The notes: generated from the letters alone by a model not told the origin. Counted from the first letter of the stretch, positions 19,285 through 28,883 are shown. The stretch: 64,000 bases of DNA from a candidate division FCPU426 bacterium (GCA_963796105.1 CAWCKJ010000002.1:128001-192000); one strand, 5' to 3'. Made by a program: numbers and translations.

Positions 19285-20453
19285 TAATGACCGCTGTTGG
19301 AAATGATTTTTACGACAAGGTCCACTTCTTTTACCGTCATCGAGTCATAGATCGGCAGGCAAATGACTTGCTCGGCGATCCTATTCGCGCTTAGGAGATT
19401 ATTGCGCGCAGAGGATTGCAACGCGCGGTACATTTGCATATTGCTGATGAGGGGGTAGAAATACCGGCGGGCATAGATATTGTTTTGTTTTAAATGCGCG
19501 TACAAGGCATCCCTTTTCATGGGATAATTTTCCTCAATTAAGACCGGGAAATAAGCGCCGTTGATGGATATGTTTTTTTGCGGTTCCAATAAACGGATAC
19601 CTGGAATGGCTTTTAACCTGGCGCGATATTGGGCATCCAAAGCCCTTCGCTTTTCCAGGACCTCTTCCATATGCTTCAACTGCATCAGGCCGAAAGCCGC
19701 CTGGACCTCGCACATTTTCCCATTGATTCCCACCTCCGCGATACTGAGCTCATCGACAAAGCCGAAGTTTTTCAAATGATCGATATAACGCTTGGTTTCT
19801 GCGTTCGGGCTGATGATGGCCCCGCCTTCGAATGTGGTGAATACCTTGGTGGCGTGAAAGCTGAGAACGGAAAGGTCGCCGTGACGCAGGACACTGCCGC
19901 CGGTATCCCGGATGCTAAAAGCATGGGCGGCGTCATAGATTAATTTCAAACGGTGTTTTTTGGCGATTTCCGCGAAACGGTCCACATTGCATAATCTTCC
20001 ATAACAATGTACCGGCAGGATGGCCCTGGTTTGGGGGGTGATGGCCGACTCGACCTTTTTCGGGTCAAGATTCATGGTCTCAGGATCGATATCCGCGAAA
20101 ACAGGCGTAAGGTTGTTCCATTTGATCGCGTGCGCCGTGGCGACGAAAGAGAAAGGCGTCGTAATGACCTCGCCTGTAACGCCAAGCGCCTGCAAGGCGG
20201 TTACCAACGCGATGGTGCCATTCGCGAAAAGGGAAATATGCTCAACGCCTAAATAGGATGATAAATCCTTCTCTAGACGTTGGTGGAAAGGCCCATTGTT
20301 GGTAAGCCACTGGGTGTCCCAAATCTCACGAAGATAGGGAATGAATTCTTCCAAAGGAGGCAAATATGGTCGTGTCACAGGAATGATATTTTTATCCAAT
20401 TCGGGAATTCCATAAATTGAAGGTTGAATAGAATTTTTGTAATTTTGATCCAT
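19284..20453 (-). CDS. vioA: DegT/DnrJ family sugar aminotransferase (VioA-like)
   Basis: LTNNGP, TTPFSFVAT, YDAAHAF, SFHATKVF, GINGKM, RRYFYP. Confidence 0.85.
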   Translation of the reverse strand: MDQNYKNSIQPSIYGIPELDKNIIPVTRPYLPPLEEFIPYLREIWDTQWLTNNGPFHQRLEKDLSSYLGVEHISLFANGTIALVTALQALGVTGEVITTPFSFVATAHAIKWNNLTPVFADIDPETMNLDPKKVESAITPQTRAILPVHCYGRLCNVDRFAEIAKKHRLKLIYDAAHAFSIRDTGGSVLRHGDLSVLSFHATKVFTTFEGGAIISPNAETKRYIDHLKNFGFVDELSIAEVGINGKMCEVQAAFGLMQLKHMEEVLEKRRALDAQYRARLKAIPGIRLLEPQKNISINGAYFPVLIEENYPMKRDALYAHLKQNNIYARRYFYPLISNMQMYRALQSSARNNLLSANRIAEQVICLPIYDSMTVKEVDLVVKIISNSGH

Positions 20454-20493
20454 GAAATGAATAACCTCGGTTTTATTTTGATGGTAATTAGTT

Positions 20494-21222
20494 TTATTTG
20501 GGTTTTTTACATTCTAACGCCAATGCTTTACCAAATCTTTCCGCTCTTTCTACTTCCTTAAAATGCTTATCGGGGCAATCATTGAATTTGCACTTCCTAA
20601 TTTGAATAAAACCGGCCTTATCTAATGCGTCACGTAAGCTATAATAATCCCACATCCATTTGTGGCGTGAACCCCGTATTGCTTCGTAAATAATTCCCCG
20701 AATTCCAACCGCCTCTTGCTCGATTCCTAAACCGGACGATTTAATAAAATTCATGGAGGCATTCTTATTATGCCTGGAATATTGATGTTGGTACTCTTTC
20801 ACGATATGAAATAAATCCGGCACTACCAATCGGAATATTCCTTCGGGTTTTAAATATGCATAAGTGTTATTTAGTGCTTTTCTGAAATTTTCAAGAGAAA
20901 GATGCTCCAACACGTGACTACAATAAATACCATCGCATGTATCTTTGCTGATGGGTAATCCGGTAACAATATTTCCGTATTTGATATGTTTGGGAAATCG
21001 TATTTTATTTTTTGTATAAAGATTCCCGATTAATGGCAGTCTTTCAAAACGCAGTGTCGGGGACGAGTCGAAATTGAGCCACGTTTCCGGCGCGTCGAAA
21101 CCACAACCATATTGAACGTATTTTGAAATTTTATTATTCAAACAATCCCACTCATTACATTTATTTAAGTAAGGGGTAAGTGTTACATTGAAACATTTAA
21201 AATATTTTTCACGGATTGCCAC
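20494..21222 (-). CDS. Class I SAM-dependent methyltransferase
   Basis: QYGCG...WLNFD, IYCSHVLEHL, LKPEGIFRLVVPD; true start likely downstream of 21222. Confidence 0.8.
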   Translation of the reverse strand: MAIREKYFKCFNVTLTPYLNKCNEWDCLNNKISKYVQYGCGFDAPETWLNFDSSPTLRFERLPLIGNLYTKNKIRFPKHIKYGNIVTGLPISKDTCDGIYCSHVLEHLSLENFRKALNNTYAYLKPEGIFRLVVPDLFHIVKEYQHQYSRHNKNASMNFIKSSGLGIEQEAVGIRGIIYEAIRGSRHKWMWDYYSLRDALDKAGFIQIRKCKFNDCPDKHFKEVERAERFGKALALECKKPK

Positions 21223-22040
21223 CAGTCAATTTGGGCATCAAAAGGTTGTCCTTTTTTAACCGCGTCCCAAATAATGACTCCATCCGCGTATTCCTTCACG
21301 GTTTGCAATTCCATCTCCCAATAGGTCTTTGGTACATACGTATGAGACAACTTTTTAACTAATTCATGGTACCGAGGCCATATATATGGATAAACGGGTT
21401 TGCCGTATTTAGCGGATTCCTTAAGTCTCGTTATAGATGATTTTTTCCATTTTTCGGAATCGGTGGTGATGGAATAGAGGCTTGGAAAAATGACATCCAC
21501 CATTTGAGCGACGGGGTCCATCCGTTTATTCTCGACTTCCCAATCTTTATAAGATTGGGAAGTCGGGTCTTTTAAAGAATGGGGGAAGTCGAGAGTGGGA
21601 GGAAATCCATAGATACCCAATTTTACATTGGGCGCTTCATCCTTGATCCAGCCGAGGACCTTCTTGAATTTATTCACCGTCCCTAAAACCTTTTCATCAC
21701 TTCCGGTAATGGGCCACCGCTCAATATCCAGGCAGACGAGATCAATATTTTTGATTTTCCAAGTTTTAGCCAAGGCCCGAATACGGTTCTCGTCTTTTAT
21801 GGAAAGATCGTCTTGGGACGAAACGCCGTTTATTGATTTCTGTTTTGGGCTCAAAAGGGAGCTTTCATAAGCAACCACTAATCTTTTGATTTTAGGGTTA
21901 ATGAAGGAAGGACCATTCTGATACCCCGCTGTCCCGTCGAATATTTTGAAATCCGCGCCCGCGGCTGAGCTGGAGACGGGAAATAGTCCCATGAAAATAA
22001 ACAACAAGGTTATTTTTAGGAAAGTTTTTAACTGGTTCAT
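21183..22040 (-). CDS. Secreted TIM-barrel glycoside hydrolase, hyaluronidase/GH56-like
   Basis: Signal peptide; CLDIERWP, GIYGFP, IFPSLY and DGVIIW resemble the GH56 motifs DWE, GYY.FP, FPSIY and GVVLW. Confidence 0.55.
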   Translation of the reverse strand: MNQLKTFLKITLLFIFMGLFPVSSSAAGADFKIFDGTAGYQNGPSFINPKIKRLVVAYESSLLSPKQKSINGVSSQDDLSIKDENRIRALAKTWKIKNIDLVCLDIERWPITGSDEKVLGTVNKFKKVLGWIKDEAPNVKLGIYGFPPTLDFPHSLKDPTSQSYKDWEVENKRMDPVAQMVDVIFPSLYSITTDSEKWKKSSITRLKESAKYGKPVYPYIWPRYHELVKKLSHTYVPKTYWEMELQTVKEYADGVIIWDAVKKGQPFDAQIDWWQSVKNILNVSM

Positions 22041-22111
22041 TTAATGACCCCTTTTCAATTTTTCTTAGAAATTTTAAATTCTAAAAGGTGTTAAGCAAGA
22101 CCAAGCCCTTT

Positions 22112-22205
22112 GCCACGGATTCAGGGGATGCACTTGGATAGAATCTAGAAAACAGGCTTTAAGCTTATATTTTTTAAATCCCATGTATCCCATGCATCTG
22201 TGGCT
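22112..22205. repeat. Inverted nonamer-type repeat bracket (GCCACGGAT...ATCTGTGGC)
   Basis: gccacggattcaggggatgcac ... aaatcccatgtatcccatgcatctgtggc; related arms at 26431-26538, 26729-26759 and 33917-33945. Confidence 0.7.
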
Positions 22206-22328
22206 AAATTTTATTTTGGACAGATGTGAATCCTTTTCAATTTTTCCAGGAATCATATTTAGGAATTGATCTCGATAGTTACAATGAAATGCGGAGGGAA
22301 TCAACAATTTCCTCAATGCTGGAAATGC

Positions 22329-24095
22329 TCAGGCTTTTTTCCCTTTGCTTTTTCCGTTTCCGTTATGGTTCTCCTGCCCGTAAACCTTTTTTCCGTAGCC
22401 ATAGCCGTAACCATAACCATAGCCGTAGCCATAACCATAGCCATAACCCAGCCCATAGAGGCCCCGGCTGGCTTCGGCCCCGTTCAGGACGGTGCCCAGG
22501 CACTGGGCCTTGATTCCGATCAGGTGCTCATGGGCATTCCGGAGAACTGAGCGCCGGGTGGAACCCCAGCGGGCCAAAAGAATCACGCCATCCAGCTGGG
22601 TAGAAAGAACTACCGAATCCGTGACAGGCAGAAGGGGAGCGCCGTCAAAGATAACGTAATCAAATTCCTTGCGCATGGCCACGATGCATTGTTTCAAGGA
22701 ATCCGAGCCCATGAGTTCAGCGGGATTGGGGGGAACCGTCGCGTTGGGTAAAAGCCATAAGTTTTTGTAGCCTGACTCAACGGTCATTTCATTTAGCTTA
22801 CCCTTGCCCGCCAATAGGAAAGGCAAACCGCCATTTTCCGGCACGGAAACCCCGAACATCACGTTGATAGTGGGTTTTCTCAAGTCCGCGTCCACCAAAA
22901 GAACCTTGTAACCGGCGTCCGACAAGGTCAAGGCCAAATCCGAGTTTACTAGGGTCTTGCCTTCCTCGGGACCGGGTGAGAGAACAGCCAGGACCCTCGG
23001 GTTCTTATCCACGAGCGCGAAAGTCAGGTTCGTTCGTAGGACCTTGAAGCTTTCCCGGTAAAAGGAAAACTCGAATTGGGGGTCCACGATCAAATGCTTG
23101 GGTGAGAAGCGTTCGGCAATCGGGAAAAGCTGTTTTTTGCCCTCTTTCCGGAAGTTTGGCACCACCGACAGGCTCGGAAGACCCGTGGCGTGTTTCATTT
23201 CCTCGCTGGATTTCACCCGGTCCTGGATCTTGTCCAGGATGAAGGCGAATTGGATACCGAAGAACAAACCCAAAAACAATCCGGCCGCGAGGCACAAGAA
23301 TTTATTGGGCCAAATAGGTCCTTCCGGTACGAAGGCCTTGTCCAGCACCACGATGCCGGGATCTTCAGCCTTGGCCTCGATCTGGGTTTCCTGGTCTTTT
23401 TCCAACAGGACACTATAGATGAGCTCATCGGCTTGGGACTCGCTGGAGGGGTTGAGGTAGTATTTCTTGACCTGTTTATCCTGTTCCATCTTGTCTTTCA
23501 TTTCCTGAAGCTGGTTGTGGATGAACTCATACCGAGTGAGTGCGCTTTCACGGGCGATCTGTGTGTTTTCCATGATGAAACCCTGTGCCCAGGTGTTGGC
23601 GATGTCCGCGGCCAAATGCGGGTCCTTGGTCTTGGCCCTGATTGTGATAATGTTTGATTCCTTGGGGTTTTCAACCTTGATGATACCCTTGAGTTTGTTA
23701 ATGATTCCTTGGTCGGAGAAATTCTCCGGGGGACGGCCCTGTGTGAAAGCGGGCCTGGACCTAAGATCCAAAGCTTTGAGCGTGTAGGCGGCCACGGTAT
23801 TGGACTGGGCGATTTCAAGGTAAGTTTCGATGGGGTCACCGGCTGTGGGCATGAAGGCTAGGGCGCGGATGGCGTTTTCAGTGGCTTGGGAGGATTCCGG
23901 TACCTTGACGGTCGTGATGGCCTCGTAGGTGGGGGGCCAGAAATAAGCGTAAAGACCGAAAACCGCGAGAAAGAATAAAGTGAATCCTAAAATGAGCCAC
24001 AGGTGTTGAAAAATAATACGGAAGGCATCCCCGATGGAGAATGACTCGTCCTGTTGCGGCTGATATAGGGGTAAGTTGTTTTCCATGGAGCTCAC
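22329..24095 (-). CDS. wzc: Wzc polysaccharide co-polymerase / BY-kinase
   Basis: Wzz N-terminus, P..P.WP before TM2, Walker A PEEGKT, LVDADLRKP, VIFD.PLL.VTD, C-terminal (GY)9 tail. Confidence 0.93.
   Translation of the reverse strand: MSSMENNLPLYQPQQDESFSIGDAFRIIFQHLWLILGFTLFFLAVFGLYAYFWPPTYEAITTVKVPESSQATENAIRALAFMPTAGDPIETYLEIAQSNTVAAYTLKALDLRSRPAFTQGRPPENFSDQGIINKLKGIIKVENPKESNIITIRAKTKDPHLAADIANTWAQGFIMENTQIARESALTRYEFIHNQLQEMKDKMEQDKQVKKYYLNPSSESQADELIYSVLLEKDQETQIEAKAEDPGIVVLDKAFVPEGPIWPNKFLCLAAGLFLGLFFGIQFAFILDKIQDRVKSSEEMKHATGLPSLSVVPNFRKEGKKQLFPIAERFSPKHLIVDPQFEFSFYRESFKVLRTNLTFALVDKNPRVLAVLSPGPEEGKTLVNSDLALTLSDAGYKVLLVDADLRKPTINVMFGVSVPENGGLPFLLAGKGKLNEMTVESGYKNLWLLPNATVPPNPAELMGSDSLKQCIVAMRKEFDYVIFDGAPLLPVTDSVVLSTQLDGVILLARWGSTRRSVLRNAHEHLIGIKAQCLGTVLNGAEASRGLYGLGYGYGYGYGYGYGYGYGYGKKVYGQENHNGNGKSKGKKA
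22393..22446. repeat. Hexamer tandem repeat (CCRTAR)x9 encoding the Wzc Tyr cluster
   Basis: ccgtag ccatag ccgtaa ccataa ccatag ccgtag ccataa ccatag ccataa. Confidence 0.9.
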
Positions 24096-25195
24096 TTTTT
24101 TGAGAGGGCGTTGGCGGCGATGGTTGCCGTATAGAGGACAGTCACCACTATGGCTAGTTCACCCAGGGTGGGCCAGGGATTTTTGGGGACATAAATAATA
24201 TCCCCCGGGTAAACCAAAGGCCCATCCTGGTGATAATTCTTGTCGTTCAAAAGACGGCCCAAGTCGGCTTTGATTTTCTTGCTTCCGTGAGTAATGAGCA
24301 CTCCTCCTAAGTCGGCGTCGGGCATGGGGCCGTTAGCCAGGGCCACCATGTTCACCAGGTTTGGCTGTCCCCGGATCATGTATTGTCCCGGCCTGACGAC
24401 GTCCCCCAGAACTGAGATGTTATAGGTATTAGTCTGCGTGATAAGCACTGTGACTTGCGGGAATTTCATGTAGGGCCTGAGTTTTTTCATGAGAAAGGTC
24501 CCTGCCTTGTTGGGAGCTAGACCCGAGAGCTTGACCATGCCCACAAAGGGGAAAAGGATGCATCCATCGGTATCCACCATATAGTCCGTGGGAAGCGCGG
24601 AATTCTGGTTGGAGGCCTGGCCTGAACCTCCGCCGCTTGGGGAAAGGCCCGCCCCTGAGATCTGGTGCTCATAACCCACCACGTTGATGGTGAGAAGGTC
24701 CCCTGGGCCGATCAGGAGGGGAGGGTATTTGGCGGCTTCTTCCTTAGGCATGGCGCCAATTTTATGTTTGGAAATTGGCACACCCAAGGCTCGCTTCTCG
24801 GCTTGAGACCTCGAAGCAGGGGATTTTTTCACTACAGTTTTCTTAACTTTTTTCTTGTCTTTATGGGTCTTGATAGCGGATTCGACACGTTTTGTTTGCT
24901 CACCGTTCGCTGGGGTAGGGGTACCAATTTCTTTTTTGGAAATTGGCACACCCAAAGCTTGCCCCTCAACTTGAGATTTCGGGGCAGGGGTCTGCGCGAA
25001 AGCGGAAGGGGATATCATTAATAAGGAAAGGACGAGAGCGGTCGAGCGCTTGAAAAAAGAGAAATGAAAAATGGACAATGAACAATAAACAATAAAAGCA
25101 AAGGCGGAAAAGGTATTTCCCTTTAATTTAAAATTTTGAGTTTTAAATTTTGAATTGTCTTTAAGATGTAGGCGTCGAGAGGCGTTTAGTTTCAT
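24092..25195 (-). CDS. wza: Wza/OPX polysaccharide export protein
   Basis: LIGPGDLLTINV, VDTDG.I.FPFVG.V, VLGDVVRPG SLBB, PGDIIYVP; C-terminal hydrophobic helix. Confidence 0.85.
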   Translation of the reverse strand: MKLNASRRLHLKDNSKFKTQNFKLKGNTFSAFAFIVYCSLSIFHFSFFKRSTALVLSLLMISPSAFAQTPAPKSQVEGQALGVPISKKEIGTPTPANGEQTKRVESAIKTHKDKKKVKKTVVKKSPASRSQAEKRALGVPISKHKIGAMPKEEAAKYPPLLIGPGDLLTINVVGYEHQISGAGLSPSGGGSGQASNQNSALPTDYMVDTDGCILFPFVGMVKLSGLAPNKAGTFLMKKLRPYMKFPQVTVLITQTNTYNISVLGDVVRPGQYMIRGQPNLVNMVALANGPMPDADLGGVLITHGSKKIKADLGRLLNDKNYHQDGPLVYPGDIIYVPKNPWPTLGELAIVVTVLYTATIAANALSKK

Positions 25196-25338
25196 CTTTA
25201 TTCCTATATATTCAATTTAACAACTACATTTAACCAGCAGACTCAGAGACTCAGCCGCGTGAACCGAAGGAATCATTGCTTCGATTCGCTATGTTTACTC
25301 ACCATCCGTCCCACAATTTACACTTTTGCTGTTTGCCA

Positions 25339-25875
25339 TTAACAAACACGATAGGCTGCCTTTGGCTCTTCAAGAAAACCAATCCGATGTTTGGGTTTCT
25401 CCGGTGTTTTCATCAGCTCTCGAATAGCGTTAAATACACCCTGGATTTGGGAATCGTGGACCCCCACTTTCTTTTCCAAATCATCAAGTTTTCGGGCCAG
25501 GTCTTTATGTGTGGACAAAACCTGGCGAAGGCGTACAAAGGCACGCATAATCTCAATATTCACTCGTACGGCCTTCTTGCTCCTTAAAACACTGGAAAGC
25601 ATAGCCACACCTTGCTCCGTGAAAACCCTAGGTAATTTGCGAGTGCCACCCCAACTTGATGTTCCATTCTGGAACATCAAGTTTTCGAACTCGATTTTAT
25701 TAATGAAAAACGAGAAATCATCGGGAAACCGATCCTTGTTCCTGGTAACAGCTTTGTTTAAATTCCGCGTTTCAACGCCATACAATTGAGCCAAATCACT
25801 ATCCAGCATGACCTTTCGTCCCCGGATCAAATGAATTTTTTTCTCGATACCGGAAACCGGGATTAATTCGGCCAT
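25339..25875 (-). CDS. ORF6N-domain DNA-binding protein
   Basis: IRGRKVMLDSDLAQLYGVET..LN.AV.RN..RFP.DF, FTEQGVAMLSSVL.S, IMRAFV, C-terminal RIGF. Confidence 0.92.
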   Translation of the reverse strand: MAELIPVSGIEKKIHLIRGRKVMLDSDLAQLYGVETRNLNKAVTRNKDRFPDDFSFFINKIEFENLMFQNGTSSWGGTRKLPRVFTEQGVAMLSSVLRSKKAVRVNIEIMRAFVRLRQVLSTHKDLARKLDDLEKKVGVHDSQIQGVFNAIRELMKTPEKPKHRIGFLEEPKAAYRVC

Positions 25876-25910
25876 AAGCGGTCCTTTTTCAAGAACACTT
25901 CACACACAAA

Positions 25911-25937
25911 GGGGTCAGGCTTACATTTTACACTTTA
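25911..25937 (+). repeat. Solo copy of the tyrosine-transposase TIR
   Basis: GGGGTCAGGCTTACATTTTACACTTTA, one mismatch to 31088-31114. Confidence 0.9.
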
Positions 25938-25949
25938 GGCTAAAACCCT

Positions 25950-26760
25950 TCTCACCACAGGTTCCTGCGGAACCACAGAGTACACGGTAAAGCGTCCTCT
26001 TGGGTACGGCTAAAAACATCAAAACAACAACTTCATCTCACCACATGCCAGCCCTCCATAAAACTAATAGGGGGCTGGTATCGTACCAATCTCCACATAT
26101 GCTTAAAGGAAGATTGGCACAGGGACTCATGCCGAACCACCGTAAGGCTTTAAAGGAAAGTTCGGTACAGATTTACTATAAATCTGCCCCGGCAATCCTC
26201 TCACTCGGCTGGTAGCCTCATGCGGCCTGTATAGCACCGATTTCATTAACTGATTTATGGAAAATCGGCGCAGAGACTCAGCTAAAACAACCATCTTTTA
26301 CCACAGGTTTCTTCGAAACCACAGAGTACACGGTAAAGCGTCCTCTTGGGTACGGCTAAAACATCAAAACAACTACGTCATCTCACCACAGTTGTGCTTC
26401 GCACAGCACAGAGACTCAGCTACTACTTTTGCCACGGATGTAACGATCAACCATAAAAACATATAGAGAGATCGGCACTATACCAGCCCCCGTATCAGCC
26501 TTATGGAAGGCTGGCATGCATGGGATACATGGGATTTTAAGCAACTTCAGATCGTGACAAGAGCTTTGCTCTTGCGCCCGTTGGGCTTTATGGCGCATCC
26601 GCAGGCCTCGGAAAAATGGATTTTCCCGGTGGCCGTCGGTTCCGCCATAGTACACGATCAATAACCAAGGCTTCATTTAAAACTTAGAATTCAAAACTCA
26701 AAATTCATTCTGTAAAGAATGCCTTGCCCATCCCCCTGCATCCCCTGAATCCCAGCTAAA
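25950..26760. repeat. Nested hairpin-repeat cluster 1
   Basis: CCACAGGTT..AACCACAG scaffold units; twin-hairpin elements at 26046-26121 and 26441-26518; 143-bp composite at 26130-26272; 110-bp element at 26550-26659. Confidence 0.85.
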
Positions 26761-26792
26761 ACTCAGTTATTAACTGTTATCGTACGCACAAA

Positions 26793-26841
26793 GGGGTCAG
26801 TGGTTCGAGAACCTCACCATCCGCAGGCATTTTACACTTTA
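26793..26841 (+). repeat. Interrupted solo TIR copy
   Basis: GGGGTCAG [tggttcgagaacctcaccatccgcagg] CATTTTACACTTTA; the insert resembles the REP-like hairpin at 1115-1133. Confidence 0.75.
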
Positions 26842-26936
26842 GCTAATTTTTTATAACTATCGGTAAACCAATGGGTATTCCTACATGAAGGCCGGAATTA
26901 TAGCATAACCATCTTGGAAATGACGTGAAAACCTTA

Positions 26937-27922
26937 CATGCTTCTGTATTAAGTGACCCTTGAAATAAAGGAATACATAGGTATACTGTCCGCTACGGGA
27001 GGTGGTACATGAGCTACCAGCGGATGAAAAGCATTAAAATTCTGAGGAAAATCCACACGGAAGAAGAAGCCCGCCAATGGGTGTGGAGATGCCGTTTCGG
27101 CGGGAAAGACTTTGTTTGTCCCCAATGTGAGGGCGAAAGCTTCTGGCAACACCAGGCCAAGCCTGAAGTGAGGGAATGTGACTATTGCCGGAAACGTCTT
27201 CGGCTTCGCGCCGGGACGATTTTTGAAAGCTCCAAGCTGCCTCTTTTAACCTGGGTCAGGGCCATCAGTTTGATGATGCAGGGCAAACGGGGTATTTCGG
27301 CCCTGGAACTGAAGCGGCATTTAAATCTTTCGGATCATTCGGCATGGCTTCTATTGCATAAGATCCGGGAAGGTCTTAGGCAAAAGGACGAAAGCTATAC
27401 TCTAAAGGGCGTCATTGAGTTGGATGGGGCGGTTTTTGGGAAAAAGGCCAAGGAAAACCAAGTGGAAGTCTTGGTGGCGGTGGAAAGCAAGGAATGGGTG
27501 GATGAGAATGGTTGCAAGAAGGAAAAAGCGGGTTTTGCCAAGGTGAAGGTAGCTATGGAAACCAAGTGGGAGAGCCAGGAATTCGTGAATCAGACTATGG
27601 AAAAAGGCTCTTTCCTCAACACAGATGCTTCGCCAGCCTTGCGTGAACTCAAAGGAGTGGAGGCAGACTACCGGGTGATGGCCAATGACCCGAAAGAGTT
27701 GGAAAGTTGGTTGCCCTGGGTACACCGGTTCATTTCCAACGCCAAGGCCTGGATCATTGGAACTCATCATGGCGTTGATGCTAAGTATTTAGGCCGGTAT
27801 CTAAGTGAATATGCCTATCGGTTCAACCGTCGTCATGATCCCGATTCCTTATTTCACCGTGCTTTGACCGCATGTGCCTTAGCAAAACCCATTACAGCAC
27901 GGTCACTTTGTGCATAAGCATA
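26937..27922 (+). mobile_element. IS1595-family insertion sequence, apparently intact
   Basis: Imperfect TIRs ATGCTTCTGTATTAAGTGACC and GGTCACTTTGTGCATAAGCAT (17/21 match); flanked by 8-bp direct repeat AAACCTTA (26929-26936, 27923-27930). Confidence 0.92.
27009..27917 (+). CDS. tnp: IS1595 (ISXO2-like) DDE transposase
   Basis: Zn ribbon CPQC...CDYC, AGTIF..SKLPL, IELDG, NTD, GTHHGV..KYL..YL.E..YRFNRR. Confidence 0.95.
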   Translation: MSYQRMKSIKILRKIHTEEEARQWVWRCRFGGKDFVCPQCEGESFWQHQAKPEVRECDYCRKRLRLRAGTIFESSKLPLLTWVRAISLMMQGKRGISALELKRHLNLSDHSAWLLLHKIREGLRQKDESYTLKGVIELDGAVFGKKAKENQVEVLVAVESKEWVDENGCKKEKAGFAKVKVAMETKWESQEFVNQTMEKGSFLNTDASPALRELKGVEADYRVMANDPKELESWLPWVHRFISNAKAWIIGTHHGVDAKYLGRYLSEYAYRFNRRHDPDSLFHRALTACALAKPITARSLCA

Positions 27923-28191
27923 AAACCTTATGTTAACTGTTTAACTTTTCTCCCTTCTTTACATTTTTAAGAGTAAAATTCAAGCCATGGGGGGATTTCC
28001 AGAGGGTGTTTTCAGGTCTTTGGGATATGAGATTGACGCCATCAAATGGACGTCGGATTAAGCCTTACTCCTAATTCCTAATTTCTTTTCAGCGGTTCTT
28101 AACTCCTAACCCCGCCATGAAAGCGCCGCCGATACCCCCGGCGTCCGCTTCAGGGTCCTCATTTTTAATGCCTAACTGCTCTTGAGGGGGG

Positions 28192-28593
28192 TTATTTCTT
28201 TTTGCGGGGGCGGGTTTTTGATTTGGATTTACTCACCTTGTATTCAGCGTGGGGTTCTTGAAGACCTGGCGGCAGTATGTTTTGGAGCTTCTGTTTTAAA
28301 ACCGGAAGATCCTTTACCGTTACTCCCCAAACAACTTCAAGGTCTACTTGGAAATAATCATGGACCAGTATATGCCGCATTCCCTGGATGGCATCCCATG
28401 GTACCTCGGAATGTTTATTCCGGAATTCAGGGGGTACTTTATATGCCGCTTCACCCAAGATTTGGAGATAGTGGAGGATATAAACCTGAATCAATTCGTC
28501 TGCATTGAAGGCTTTGCGGCCCTGCGAAGAATATTTCTCGATCCGATGGATGGCATCAAGCATATCCTGGACCCGATTCAAATGGTCCCTCAT
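28192..28593 (-). CDS. hepT: HepT-like HEPN RNase toxin (DUF86) with basic C-terminal tail
   Basis: LQILGEAA, VPW..I.GMRHILVHDYF (RX4HXY). Confidence 0.9.
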   Translation of the reverse strand: MRDHLNRVQDMLDAIHRIEKYSSQGRKAFNADELIQVYILHYLQILGEAAYKVPPEFRNKHSEVPWDAIQGMRHILVHDYFQVDLEVVWGVTVKDLPVLKQKLQNILPPGLQEPHAEYKVSKSKSKTRPRKKK

Positions 28594-28880
28594 AACCGAA
28601 CGGCCTCCTGAAGGACTCTATCACGGAAGGAATCCCGAAGGCCTTTTTCAGATACGACATCAACCGGACGGCCTAAGAGATGTTCCAGGTCCGTTAAAAG
28701 CCCCCCCATATCCAATAAGGTGCGGCCTGGTTCCATGCGGACGAGAAAATCCACATCACTTCGTTTATCCGAGTCTCCGCGAGCAACTGAGCCAAAAACG
28801 CTTATTTCGCGGGCACCATGGCTGCTGGCAAGTTTAAGGATCTTGTTGCGTTTTTTTTGGAGGATTTGACCGATTGTCAT
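28590..28880 (-). CDS. mntA: MNT minimal nucleotidyltransferase antitoxin
   Basis: VFGSVARGD....SDVDFLV, L...LGRPVDVV. Confidence 0.92.
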   Translation of the reverse strand: MTIGQILQKKRNKILKLASSHGAREISVFGSVARGDSDKRSDVDFLVRMEPGRTLLDMGGLLTDLEHLLGRPVDVVSEKGLRDSFRDRVLQEAVRL

Positions 28881-28883
28881 GTT

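Noticed and set aside
26550..26659. tRNA gene
   Set aside because: Multi-stem but lacks the GTTCRA T-loop, D-loop consensus and CCA end.
26000..26676. Short ORFs in the repeat clusters (also 33435..33644, 33833..34051, 36127..36367)
   Set aside because: They are translations of non-coding hairpin repeats with no protein motifs.
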